DNA of 64,000 bases from Eledone cirrhosa (lineage: Eukaryota): NCBI GenBank assembly GCA_964016885.1, contig OZ024742.1, positions 69,378,001-69,442,000 on the forward strand. The letters are read 5' to 3'. The notes under the pieces were generated by a model. That model made no database searches. It saw only the letters and a program-made list of their open reading frames with translations, and was not told the origin of the DNA. Shown here in pieces: positions 23,941 through 34,446 of the stretch (position 1 is the first letter of the stretch; each line of letters begins with the position of its first letter). A program made the position numbers and the translations under genes.

Positions 23941-25208
23941 CACAGATATCAGTAAAATCGAAACGAAAATTAGAAATTTCTTAACCATGCACAAAATGCA
24001 TCACCATAAGGCAGCTACAGATAGAATATATCTCCCTAGGAAAGAAGGAGGACGTGGATTAATCGAGTTAGATATTGCTTTGAAAACTGTAACAATTGGA
24101 TTACCTACATATCTAAGGGAATCACATGATTGGATGATTAAACTCGTTTTGAAACATGAAAGCATCAAAAGATCCTACTCCATTACAAAAGATGCACATA
24201 GATACAATAATGAACTACAAATTTTAGAAGTTCCCTTTACTGCTGAAATGAAAAACAGAAAAGGCAAGGTAGGTAAAAGTAACTGCAAAGAAATAACTAC
24301 TAAATAAACTGGCTAAGAAATGGCAAGAAAAGCCTCTGTATGGAAAATACCCAGAAAGAGCTAACAATCCTGATGTTGACAAAATATTAACCCATCAGTA
24401 GTTGGCATCCTCTGGACTTAAATCGGAAACTGAAGGACTGATTATATCAGCACAAGATCAGTGTCTGCCCCCAAAAATCATCAAGCCAACGTCATAAAAA
24501 ATGGATGCAACCCATTATGCCGTGTATGTAAAAAACAACGAGAGACCATTGATCATATAATTTCAATGTGCAGTCCTATAGCTCCAACCGAATACCTAAA
24601 CAGGCATGACAGAGCTGCACAATACATACATTGGGTAATGTGTAAGCATTTTGACCTGTTCCATCAAAAGAATTGGTGGAAGCATCAACCACCTCCCTTA
24701 CTTGAAAAGGGTCACATCTCGATTTTGTGGAACTTTAGCATCCAAACAGACCGAAAAATAAATGAAAATAGACCTGATGTAATACTGAAGGACTTTAAAA
24801 AGAGGGTATGCCCGTTCTGATAGACAAGAATGTATCTATAAAAACATTTGAAAAATTGAGCAAGTGTAAAGACATGGAGATAGAGATTGGAAAAATGTGG
24901 AAGTTGAGAACTAAAACAATAACAGTGGTTGTAGGTGCTCTAGGAATGATACCTAAGGGGTCTAATGATTACTTATTACAAATCCCAGGAAACCCGCGTA
25001 TAGAAGAAATAAAAAAATAGTATTAATGGGAACTGCCCATATACTAAGGAAGATTCTGTCAATATAAGTACATCACAACATCTAAACAACTAAAAATACA
25101 TGTATATGTGTATGTGTTATTTCTTGAACATGGCGGACCTTGTTGTCTCTTGAGGTCACTGGTTATGACTTGGTGATAACTCGTATGAACATAAAGCAAG
25201 ATAAATGA
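23941..25208 (+). mobile_element. R4/Dong-like LINE family A, 3' part
   Basis: DRIYLPRKEGGRGL, CRVC..HIISMC, RHD, RPD; 3'UTR as at 18343-18486; ends in an A-run rather than (TAA)n. Confidence 0.9.
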
Positions 25209-25220
25209 AAAAAAAAAAAA

Positions 25221-26015
25221 TATCTAGCTCCGGACAGTCGTTACCAAGGAACAGACAATTATGCCAAATTGATTGAATGCCACGAAAGAGCAAACATGGA
25301 AGCAAGTCAAGGAGCAGGACGACGCACGGAGGACATTTGGATGGAGAAGAGCATGTTTGAGAAGTCTGAAAGTAAACTAATGAATCAAATGAGAGTGATT
25401 AGGCTGGTTAACTGGGGTAGACATATCTCGGATAAGTGAACGTTTTAAGGAACCTCTAAATGAACAACAAAGGGAGGTTAGATCAGGAGTTGAAGCCGTC
25501 TCTAAGATTGAAGGCAGAATGAAATGTGGGCAGCAGGAGCTGGGAGATTGTGATTGGACTGTTAGGGCTGCTGATGAGGAATGGTATTCATTGACCCATA
25601 GTATGTTTGAGGATGGGATGGTGATGCAAGAGGAGGGATTCACCTGGATGATGAGTCGCTTGAGTTACGTAGACGGCTTATGGATTTGATGGATGTCCCA
25701 GGAAAACGAATTCTAATGAATATGAGAAGAGAAGATAGGGGGATTATAATTGAAACAAAATAAAATATAAATGCTGTCATACAAAACATCTAGACAAAAG
25801 ACATAGCGCAAACTAGCAACCTCATCCAAGCTGTTGCACTACATGTAGAGGAACAAATGGGACTGACGAGCACTAAACAGAGTAAGGCAAAATAACCATC
25901 GTGGAAAAGACGCATTGAAAATACCGTAAAGCGAGCAAGGCAGGATCTAAGTAGAATTGAGCAATGGTTTAGAGAAAAGTGGAAAAATGGGAAAAAGGCT
26001 AATCGAGAAGCACTA
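25221..26015 (+). mobile_element. Old R4/Dong-like N-terminal fragment (third family)
   Basis: ~25805-25970 translates TSNLIQAVALHVEEQMG..PSWKRRIENTVKRARQDLSRIE, parallel to CNNILKATANAVRKLLG..PWGKKRLNGQIREMRNDIGKLE in the 40771-42183 ORF; left boundary uncertain. Confidence 0.6.
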
Positions 26016-26016
26016 G

Positions 26017-26762
26017 TCAATACATATCTAGAGTAGGTCCATTCATTCGGGCCATACACGCTACATTCACCCATCTTTTAATAAACAAACTGGGATTGGG
26101 GTCGACACTTCCCTCGCCATCCTCACCTTTTTGAAAAAAGGTGAGGATGGCGAGGAAATGTTGACAAAGTCGATGAAGGTGTGACCGAAGAAGAATCTGT
26201 CTGTCTTCAGTCTTTTCAGTCCAATCCACAACAGAATCTCTTTCATCCTTTCAGCCTAATCCACCTCACAAACTGTTTCGTCATAGCAACTTCACAGAAA
26301 CATTGCCTGCCATTCCCGGACGAAGGAAGGCGGTGGGGCGATCTTCACGATGAGTCATCTTATAGCAGGAACCGGCTTACACGTGACAATAACTGTTCGA
26401 TTAAACTTCACAATTAATCAATCTTCAGACACTGGATGAATGCTTACAAAACTGTTTCATCACACTGTGCGCATCTCGGACAGGTCCGTCTGACAGCCAT
26501 TCCATTCCTGCCTGTAGAGGTTGCCTCAAACCAGCATTGCCCCCGTCTCCCCAAAAGCACTGTCAGAGCAGGATTTTCTGGAAATTGTACATAGTCCCCG
26601 CAATGAAAGTTCTCTGGAACAGACTGGTTTGTTCATTCTGATCAACACCCAGAGTCTGCTCCAGAACGTCATCACTCTTTCCCAACACTATTCCTCTATA
26701 GATCACTCACGAGGAATTTCCACAGTCTGCATTTCCCAACTAGTAGAGGGTTGAGTGCGCCT
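26017..26762 (-). mobile_element. Old Tx1-like ORF2 C-terminal fragment
   Basis: KRWVNVACMARMNGPTL and CPRCAQ coding remnants on the minus strand. Confidence 0.75.
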
Positions 26763-26764
26763 GA

Positions 26765-27102
26765 CAGTAGTGAAGATCGACCTGCTGCCTTCTTTTGGAT
26801 GGGAAGGGTAGACAGTTTTTCTGTCTGGTGGCGATAGCGAAAGAAGTTGTGTGGTGGACTGAAGAGAAGGAGATGGGTGCCCTCCTCGTGTACCCTCGAA
26901 GCGTCGGGTGGTTCAGGATTGGTGGGATACCCGAATCGCTCGAGTGTGGTTCTCCCCTCTATTGGGGAATTTATTTTGCTATATATTTATTCTTAATTGT
27001 TTTTGTTAATTTGTTTTTTATACGTTGTATATGTAAACTCCCGCTGTGCTTGTCTTTGTATTGTCCCCCCTATATCGGGCCTTTTGGCCAATGAACGAAA
27101 CG
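26765..27102 (+). mobile_element. Old Tx1-like 3' end fragment
   Basis: FCLVAIAKEVVWWT; UTR hairpin cccctctattgggga; ends ccttttggccaatgaacgaaacg + (ATT)n. Confidence 0.75.
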
Positions 27103-27133
27103 ATTATTATTATCATTATTATTATTATGAAGG

Positions 27134-27422
27134 GCGGTGGATTGGCAGTATCGGTAGAGGGTCGGACGCCATGCTATGCAGCAAAGACTTACGACCCTTT
27201 ATGGTCTGAGTTCAAATCCCGCTGAGGTTAACTTTGCCTTTCATCCTTACGGGTTCGATAAAATAAAGTACCAGTAATGCACTGGGTAATTCCTGGCCTT
27301 GTGCCAAAAGTAGAAACAATTATTATTATTATTATTGGGGTCGATAAAATAAAGTACCAGTAATGCACTGGGTAATTGCTGGCCTTGTGCCTAAAGTAGA
27401 AACAATTATTATTATTATTATT
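27134..27422 (+). mobile_element. Tandem SINEs: full copy (27134-27336) plus 5'-truncated copy (27337-27422)
   Basis: Family sequence with B-box gagttcaaatcc; each copy ends in (ATT)n. Confidence 0.92.
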
Positions 27423-28689
27423 GGCTACTCGGACCACAGATTTGTGATCTGTGAAGTCGACTTGGATAGACTACATAGGCAAGGACCCGGTTACTGGAAG
27501 CTGAACGCGTCTTTACCGGCGCGCAAAGTTTTTACAGAGACCGAATAAGCGAATTAGTTAAGCGTCCGTTGACGGTTTACCCTGAAAAGGGCAATTAGAG
27601 TAGAATCAATAAGGTTTAGCAAAGGAGTAAAGATAGAGGAAAATGGAGTAGGAGAGCTTGTTAGAAATCTAGAAGAGGCGTTTAGGACAGGCATCGCAAC
27701 CAACGTGCTTGCGGCAAGATTGGCACTCGACCAATTCTTCAATGCAAAGCACGAAGGCTGCGTTGTCAGAGCTAGAGCGCGTGCTCTGAGACAAGAGGGG
27801 GAAAAAGCTGTCCAATGGGCCCAGGTGGTGGAGGCGCGACGTGGCAACAAAGCCACAATTCAATCCTTGCCTGACCAAAACGGGCACATGTTACTCGAAC
27901 CCGAGCAGTGTGAGGCTTTTCAGCAGCACTTTGCTTGACTGTTTTGGAGCGGCGGTGGAGTAGATGGGAGTAGGAACTTCAGTGCATACCTCGAGGAACT
28001 GCCGCAGCTCTCTATGACCGCAGTGCAGTATTGCAAAAAGCCGATAACAGCAGGTGAAATACGGGAAGCGATGTCTGACTGCCCGAGGGGTAAATTGCCT
28101 GGTTTGGATGGTCTGCCCTACGAGATTTATGCTTTCATGCCAGACTTTTTCGGTGACCTCTTGGCAGATGTCTACTGCAACTTGCAACAGAACGGGAGCA
28201 TTTGCAGTTTTGTGAGCCGGGGAGCGGTGGCACTGTTGAGAAAAGACCCGAACAAATGGGACGTTATAGACAACTTCAGGCCCATAACTCTGTTAAACCC
28301 TGATTTCAAGATTTTGGTCAAGGTGTTAACAACGAGATTGGCGCTTGTCGTCGGTAATCTGGTAGGAGAGGCGCAGACATGTGCCATTCTAGACAGATCC
28401 ATCCAGGACAACCTCCACCTCATGCGGTACATCATAGAGAGGGTGGTTAAAGAACCTGCCACGGGTGGGGCCCTGATCAACTTAGATCAATCTAAGGCAT
28501 TTGATAGGGTCGACCATCAGTACCTGGCTGCGGTCCTCGAGGCGGCTGGTTTCGGGCCCATTTTCAGGGGTTAGATCGCTGCGGTGCACAGCGACATCTG
28601 CTCACTTGTGAAGGTGAACGGTCATCTGTCACAGCTGTTCAGCATCAAGCACTAGGTCCGTCAGGGTTATCCCTTCTCGTCACTCTTGT
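27423..28689 (+). mobile_element. Tx1-like LINE (family B-related) internal ORF2 fragment
   Basis: YSDH..GPGYWKLN..PGLDG..FRPITLLN..LDQSKAFDRVDH; breaks at the RQG motif. Confidence 0.88.
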
Positions 28690-31600
28690 ACTACACAACA
28701 CCCCAACAATTCACACCACCTCCACACATACAAATCACTCGCATCACACAGAAAACGTACACGACACTAAAACAAAAGTTCCCCAAAGACATTGGAGACT
28801 TCCGACAAGCACTCTCCAGGAGGATTTATAAGGACATCCTTCCGGAGGAGGCCACGGGCAGTGAAAAGGATGGAGAAACCATCCTTCCTCTACGACAAGT
28901 AAGGTAAGTGGTCTTTCCCATCTTTTCCACTCCATTTCAACATGACCTCACTCAGAATAGGCAGCATAAATGCGCGTGGCTTGGGGTCGCCATGGAAGCA
29001 GGGCCACCTGCTCAACGACCTCAGGTCACTAAACATAGATGTGGTGGCCATCAGCGAGACCAGAATCTCCGAAGCACGAGCCCTCGCACCGATCTTCGGC
29101 GGCTACGATGTGTACGCATCTACCAGCCGTCCTGGATCGGCGGGAGGAGTTTCTGTGCTTTTTCGGAAAGGTTTGGATCTCGCTATACGGGCCATCTTCC
29201 TGGACCCAGAAGGTAAGTTGGTGGTGCTGGACGTAACCAGCGGAGACGGGCAAGATTTCAGGCTAGTGGCCGTCTATGCCCCGACAGGTGCAGGGCGGCC
29301 TGATTTCTTCTGGCGTCTGGAGACCTTTCTTGGAACGTCCCGCTCTTTAGTGTTAGTGGGCGACTGGAACGGGATCTTAGATGCACACTGGGACTGTGTG
29401 GGATTAGCGGATAGGGGAGGAGGGTGCAAGAGCCTCACCAACCTGCTCAGGCGTTTTGAACTGTCTGACAGGTACCGATTGGCTTTCCCGAATGTGCCAG
29501 TGTGGACTTGGACAAATCGCGTAGGGTCATCCAGATCATATCTAGATAGAGTATTTTGTAGGGAAATAGAGAGGTCTAGCATAGGCTGTCCACAATTCAA
29601 GATAGTCAGCTACACGGACCACAAATTCGTGATCTGTGTGCTTGACTTAGATAGGCTTCATAGACGAGGACCCGGCTACTGGAAGCAAAACGCGTCCTTA
29701 CAGGGCGCAAGGCCTACAGAGACCGGATTAGCGAACTAGTTAAGCGGGCGTTGACGGGGGCCATCGTCAATAACAAGTGGTGGTTTGCTCTGAAAACAGC
29801 GATTAGAATAGAGTTCATTAGGTTTAGTAAGGCTTTAGCAATAGAGAAAAATAGAGCAGAGGGAGAACTAGTTAGAAAATTAGACGAGGCGCTTAGCAAA
29901 GGCATCGCGACTTACGTACTTGCGGCGAAATTGGCCCTTCACCAATTCTCCAACAAAGGCTGCGTTGTCAGAGCTAGGGTTCGTGCTCTCAGACACGAGG
30001 GGACGAAAGCCGTTCAATGGGCCCGAGTGGCGGAGGCGCGTCGTGGCAACAAAGCCACGATCCGGTCTTTGGTGGACCACGACGGGCGCATGCTATTCGA
30101 TCCCGGGCAAATTTGTGAATCTTTTCAGCGACACTTCGCTCAGCTGTTCGGGGGGCAGCGGCGGGCCAGGTCAAGGGATGAACTTTAGTGTCTATCTCGA
30201 AGGACTGCCGTGGCTCTCGGCCACTGAGGCGGAGTGTTGCGAAAAGCCGATAACAACCGCTGAAATACGGGAGACAATGACTGGCTGCACAATGGGTCAA
30301 TCGCTTGGTTTGGATTGTCTGCCTTATGAACTTTACGTACAAATATCAGAATTGTTCGGAGGCCTCTTGGCGGACGTCTACTGCAACTGGCAACAGAACG
30401 GGAGAATTCCCTGCTCTGTGAGCCGAGGAGCGGTGGCGCTGCTGAGAAAGGATCCGAACAAGGGGGATAACAGATAATTTCAGGCCCATAACTCTGCTAA
30501 ACACAGAGTTCAAGATTTTGGCCAAGGTGCTAGCAAAGAGGTTGGCGCTTGTCGTTGGTGGTCTGGTGGGAGAGGCACAGACATGCGCCATTCCCGACAG
30601 ATCCATCCACGACAACCTCCACCTCATGCGATACATCGTAGAGAGGGTAGCTAGGGAACCTGGCACCGGTGTGTCCTTGATCAATTTATATCAATCGAAA
30701 GCTTTCGATAAGGTCGACCATCGTTACCTAACGGCAGTCCTGAGGGTGGCTGGCTTTGGGCCCGTCTTCAGAGGCTGGATCGCTGCCATGCACAGCGACA
30801 TCTGCTCTGTGGTAAGAGTAAACGGTCACATTTCGGAACCGTTCAATATCATGCGCTCGGTCTGCCAAGGATGACCCCTCTCGTCCCGCTTGTACGTATT
30901 GACTCTCGAGCCATTACTGCACAACTGGAGACGTTGAGGGGGAATCGACGCGAACTAGGATGCGGAAGATTCGTGTCAGCTTATGCGGACGATGTCACCG
31001 TAGTGGTGTCGAACGCCAAACACATCGAGGCGATCGGCACTACACTAAGAGAATACGAAGCGGTGACAGGAGCAATGATCAACTAGGTAAAGTCAGAGTG
31101 CCTGCAGCTCAGCACCTGGACAAAAGCTGGGACGAGGTGACGAGCAGGGTGGCTTCTCTCACCAAGAAATGGGTGGAGAGGAAGCTATCCCTGAAAGGTC
31201 GAGCCTAGGTGGCTAACGCGTACATCGCGTCCGTCATCTACTACCTTGCCCTAAGCCCCGCCTGACTGCGCTGGAGCGTTTGCTCTTTCGCTTTTTGTGG
31301 AAGGGACGCGCTCCGATGGTCAGGCGGTCCATCTGCTGTCAGCCGGGCATGTCCGAGATGCGCGCAGGGCGACGTAACCGTCCTGTACGCACTCGTCCAG
31401 TGTCCGAGCATTGCTGACTTGTGGGTTTATGTCGAACACCTGCTGTCGCGTGTAGAAAGGATCCAGCTATCAGCTGAGTCCATCGTGAGGATTGGCCCGC
31501 CCTCTTACTTTAGCCGGGAAGGGCAGGCAGTTTTCATCTCTCTGGTGGCCATGGCGAAAGAGATAGTATGGTGGACACGTTTGAAAGGGCTGAAGACGAG

Positions 31601-32019
31601 CACTTACCTCTTCGGTGATGCCCTGATTAACCTTTTCAAATTTCATTTGAAAAGGAAAATCAGGGTAGAGTGGGAAGTGCTCTCTTCCCAGCATTTTGTT
31701 GAAAGATGGGTGAGAGAGGCAAGAATGGCCCGAGTGAATGGGCCTACTCTGAGTATGTGTCTGTAAATTAAAGGTGGAAAACTGGGAGAGGGCACTTGCC
31801 CTGGTGGTCAGTGTCAGTGTGGCTTTTTAATGGGCTTTCTCCACGAATGTCCCTCGGAAGTCTCCCCTCTATTGGGGAAATTTTTCATTGTTGTATTATT
31901 ACATCCTCTGTTTTTTTATTTTTTTACACGCAGAAATGCCCTTTTGTACCGTCTTGTATTGTCCTGTGCTGTCCTTAATGTCGACTTTGTGTAAACCCTT
32001 GTGGTTAATAAAGAAAGCA
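28690..32019 (+). mobile_element. Tx1-like LINE family A, ORF1 tail + ORF2 + 3'UTR with deletions
   Basis: MTSLRIGSINARGL APE ORF 28942-29739, RT pieces, deletions near 31115, 31245, 31340; tail aataaagaaagca + (TTA)n. Confidence 0.92.
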
Positions 32020-32049
32020 ATATTATTATTATTATTATTATTATTATTA

Positions 32050-32193
32050 CAGTTGCATTTATCTTGCTTTATGTTCATACGAGTTATCACCAAGTCACAA
32101 CCAGTGACCTCAAGAGACAACAAGGTCCGCCATGTTCAAGGAAGAACATACATAGTCACACATGCATCTTTAGTGTTTAGACTTGTGATGTAC

Positions 32194-32196
<3 letters not shown>
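32050..32196 (-). mobile_element. Dong-like family A solo 3'UTR
   Basis: Reverse complement of 18340-18486; (TTA)n on both sides. Confidence 0.9.
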
Positions 32197-32231
<35 letters not shown>

Positions 32232-32439
32232 GGCGACCTACGTAGTAAATCGTATCATCGTGAGCTCCGCAAAGATTTGTTATTTCCATTTGTTAAAAAT
32301 TGCCATTTATGGAAAATTTTTATTGTTAACCATATATAAGCGCACATACATTGTTTTCCGAAAAGGACACCCAAAAAGATTGGGGCCTTGTGCCCAGAAT
32401 TTAAACTTTTATTATTATCAAAAATTTCTTTGAAAAAAA

Positions 32440-34412
32440 ATGGCTAATTCACCTTTGCACCAAGCAGCTGAAAGCCTTCCTCACAAATTAACACCTCACA
32501 CCGACACCACCATTGTAAATGTTACTACGTTTGCCAACACTAAAAAAAATATAAGCACTAGCAATATTTTAAATTTGTCTCAGGCAGACATTCATTTCCC
32601 GCCATTACCAATGACTGCAGGTGTTAAAGCCTCCACCACCACCACCGCCGCGACAACCCCCACCCCCACCACCACCGCGACAACAGAAACAAAAGAAGAA
32701 AAAAATAAATTAACTCGTGATGTCGAAATGAAATGAAGTAAAATGGACTCTTCCCCACCAAAGACGACTGACGTCACCACCACCACAACTGATACTAAAA
32801 TTAATATTAACACAAATAACGATAGCAACAACAACAACAATGACATTATAAAAACCACCCACAGTTTCGCCAGAGTAGCAAAACAGTTCGAAGCATTTAC
32901 GGTAACTCAGGAGGATTTAGAAAATGCCAAACAAATGGTAAAGAAAGATGGGTACAGGGTCAGCCTCACCCCCCCCCCCCCCCCCACCTAATAAAATGGA
33001 GCATCGGCGCCTATGCACCGTGTCGTATCGAACAATAAATGTAAAATCGCGCCGAGTGGAACGGGCATCCGAGTCCCAAATCCAAAAAGCTTTGGGACAT
33101 GTGTGGGCAAGAAAAATCCACATCAGACGTGGGCAAAAGTATGGAACCGTGGACGTGTTCTTTGAAACACCAGAGGAGGCTAGAGAACACTCCATGGCCC
33201 CATTAAGAAATGACGACTTCACACTCGTCCCAAGCTATTGTGGCCAGAGACTCGTAAAGATCAGGGTGACCCACGTTCCACCGGCCATCGAAATTCCCTG
33301 GCTAATAGCGGCCGTCCTCGCCTGCATCGAAGCCAACACAAAAATAATAACAATAGCAAAAGAAAAGCAGGAGAACTGGTCTGGATCTGGGATGGAGCTC
33401 CTGATCCAAGCGGACCAAAAAAGCATTGAGGAGATCCCAGAGGTAATAGACCTCACTGACGGCAGCCACCTCACGGTAATTGTCGAGGGCAGAAGACCTA
33501 GGTTTGTCGTTTGAGGTGAAGGAACCCACCTAAGGGCTTTCTGCCCTCAGGCTAAAAGGTTGAGGCCACCTCTCCTACCCACCCCAGTGACACAACCATC
33601 AACACCACCAGTAGCAGAGATGGCAGCAACAACTGTAGCTGCAACAACAGAAGCAACTATAACAGCAAGAACCCCAGCAACAGTAGCAAAACCACCACCA
33701 CCACCACCAGCAAAACCACCACCACCACCACCCAACGCTTCAGAACTAGCACCAGCGCCTGCACCATCCACCACGCCACAACCAAAACTAACGCCTGTGG
33801 AGGATTTTCCCCTCCCCGGCCTATCACAACTGGAGACAGATTGTGACGACGAGGAGTGGGAAACGATATCCGGAAAAAAAAAGAAACCAAAAAAGAAAAA
33901 ATTCTCTTCCTTCCCCCTCCAAAAACAAAATACAGAGGGAAACAAATAAACTAAGAAACAAAAAAGTTAGGACAGATATGCCACCATCCACACCAGCATC
34001 ACCAACCCCATCAACCCAAACACCAACACCATCACCTACACCACAAAAGTCACCAAAATGCGAAACAGAAACAAACCCACAACAAACGCAAACAAAACAA
34101 AACAACCAAAACGATACACACTACACAGCATTAAATTTGAACAACAAGCAATTATTACACTACATCCAACACAACACCAGCATCACAGAAAAAGACTACA
34201 CAACAACCCCAAAATTCACACCACCTCCACACATACAAATCACTCGCATCACACAGAAAACGTACATGACACTAAAACAAAAATTCCCCAAAGACATCGG
34301 AGACTTCCGACAAGCACTCTCCAGGAGGATTTATAAGGACATCCTTCCTGAGGAGGCCACAAGCAGTGAAAAGGATGGAAAAGCCGTCCTTCCCCTACGA
34401 GAAGTAAGGTAA
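32440..34412 (+). pseudogene. Tx1-A ORF1 (zinc-knuckle nucleic-acid-binding protein), disrupted
   Basis: Stitched from ORFs 32440-32736, 32743-32991, 32948-33514, 33560-33949, 33843-34412; CX2CX4HX4C intact in sister copies (CVVCGEGTHIRAFC at ~57190). Confidence 0.8.
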
Positions 34413-34446
34413 GTGGTCTTTCCCATCTTTTCCACTCCTTTTCAAC

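Noticed and set aside
32232-32340. HDV-like ribozyme at the precise Tx1-A 5' end (GGCGACC in three copies)
   Set aside because: No downstream complement to form P1 and no recognisable P3/L3; an internal promoter explains the fixed start equally well
32960-33910. Programmed frameshifting at the C-run and A-runs in Tx1 ORF1
   Set aside because: Run lengths differ between copies and the 12631-15768 copy reads through both sites in frame, so this is homopolymer slippage or sequencing error
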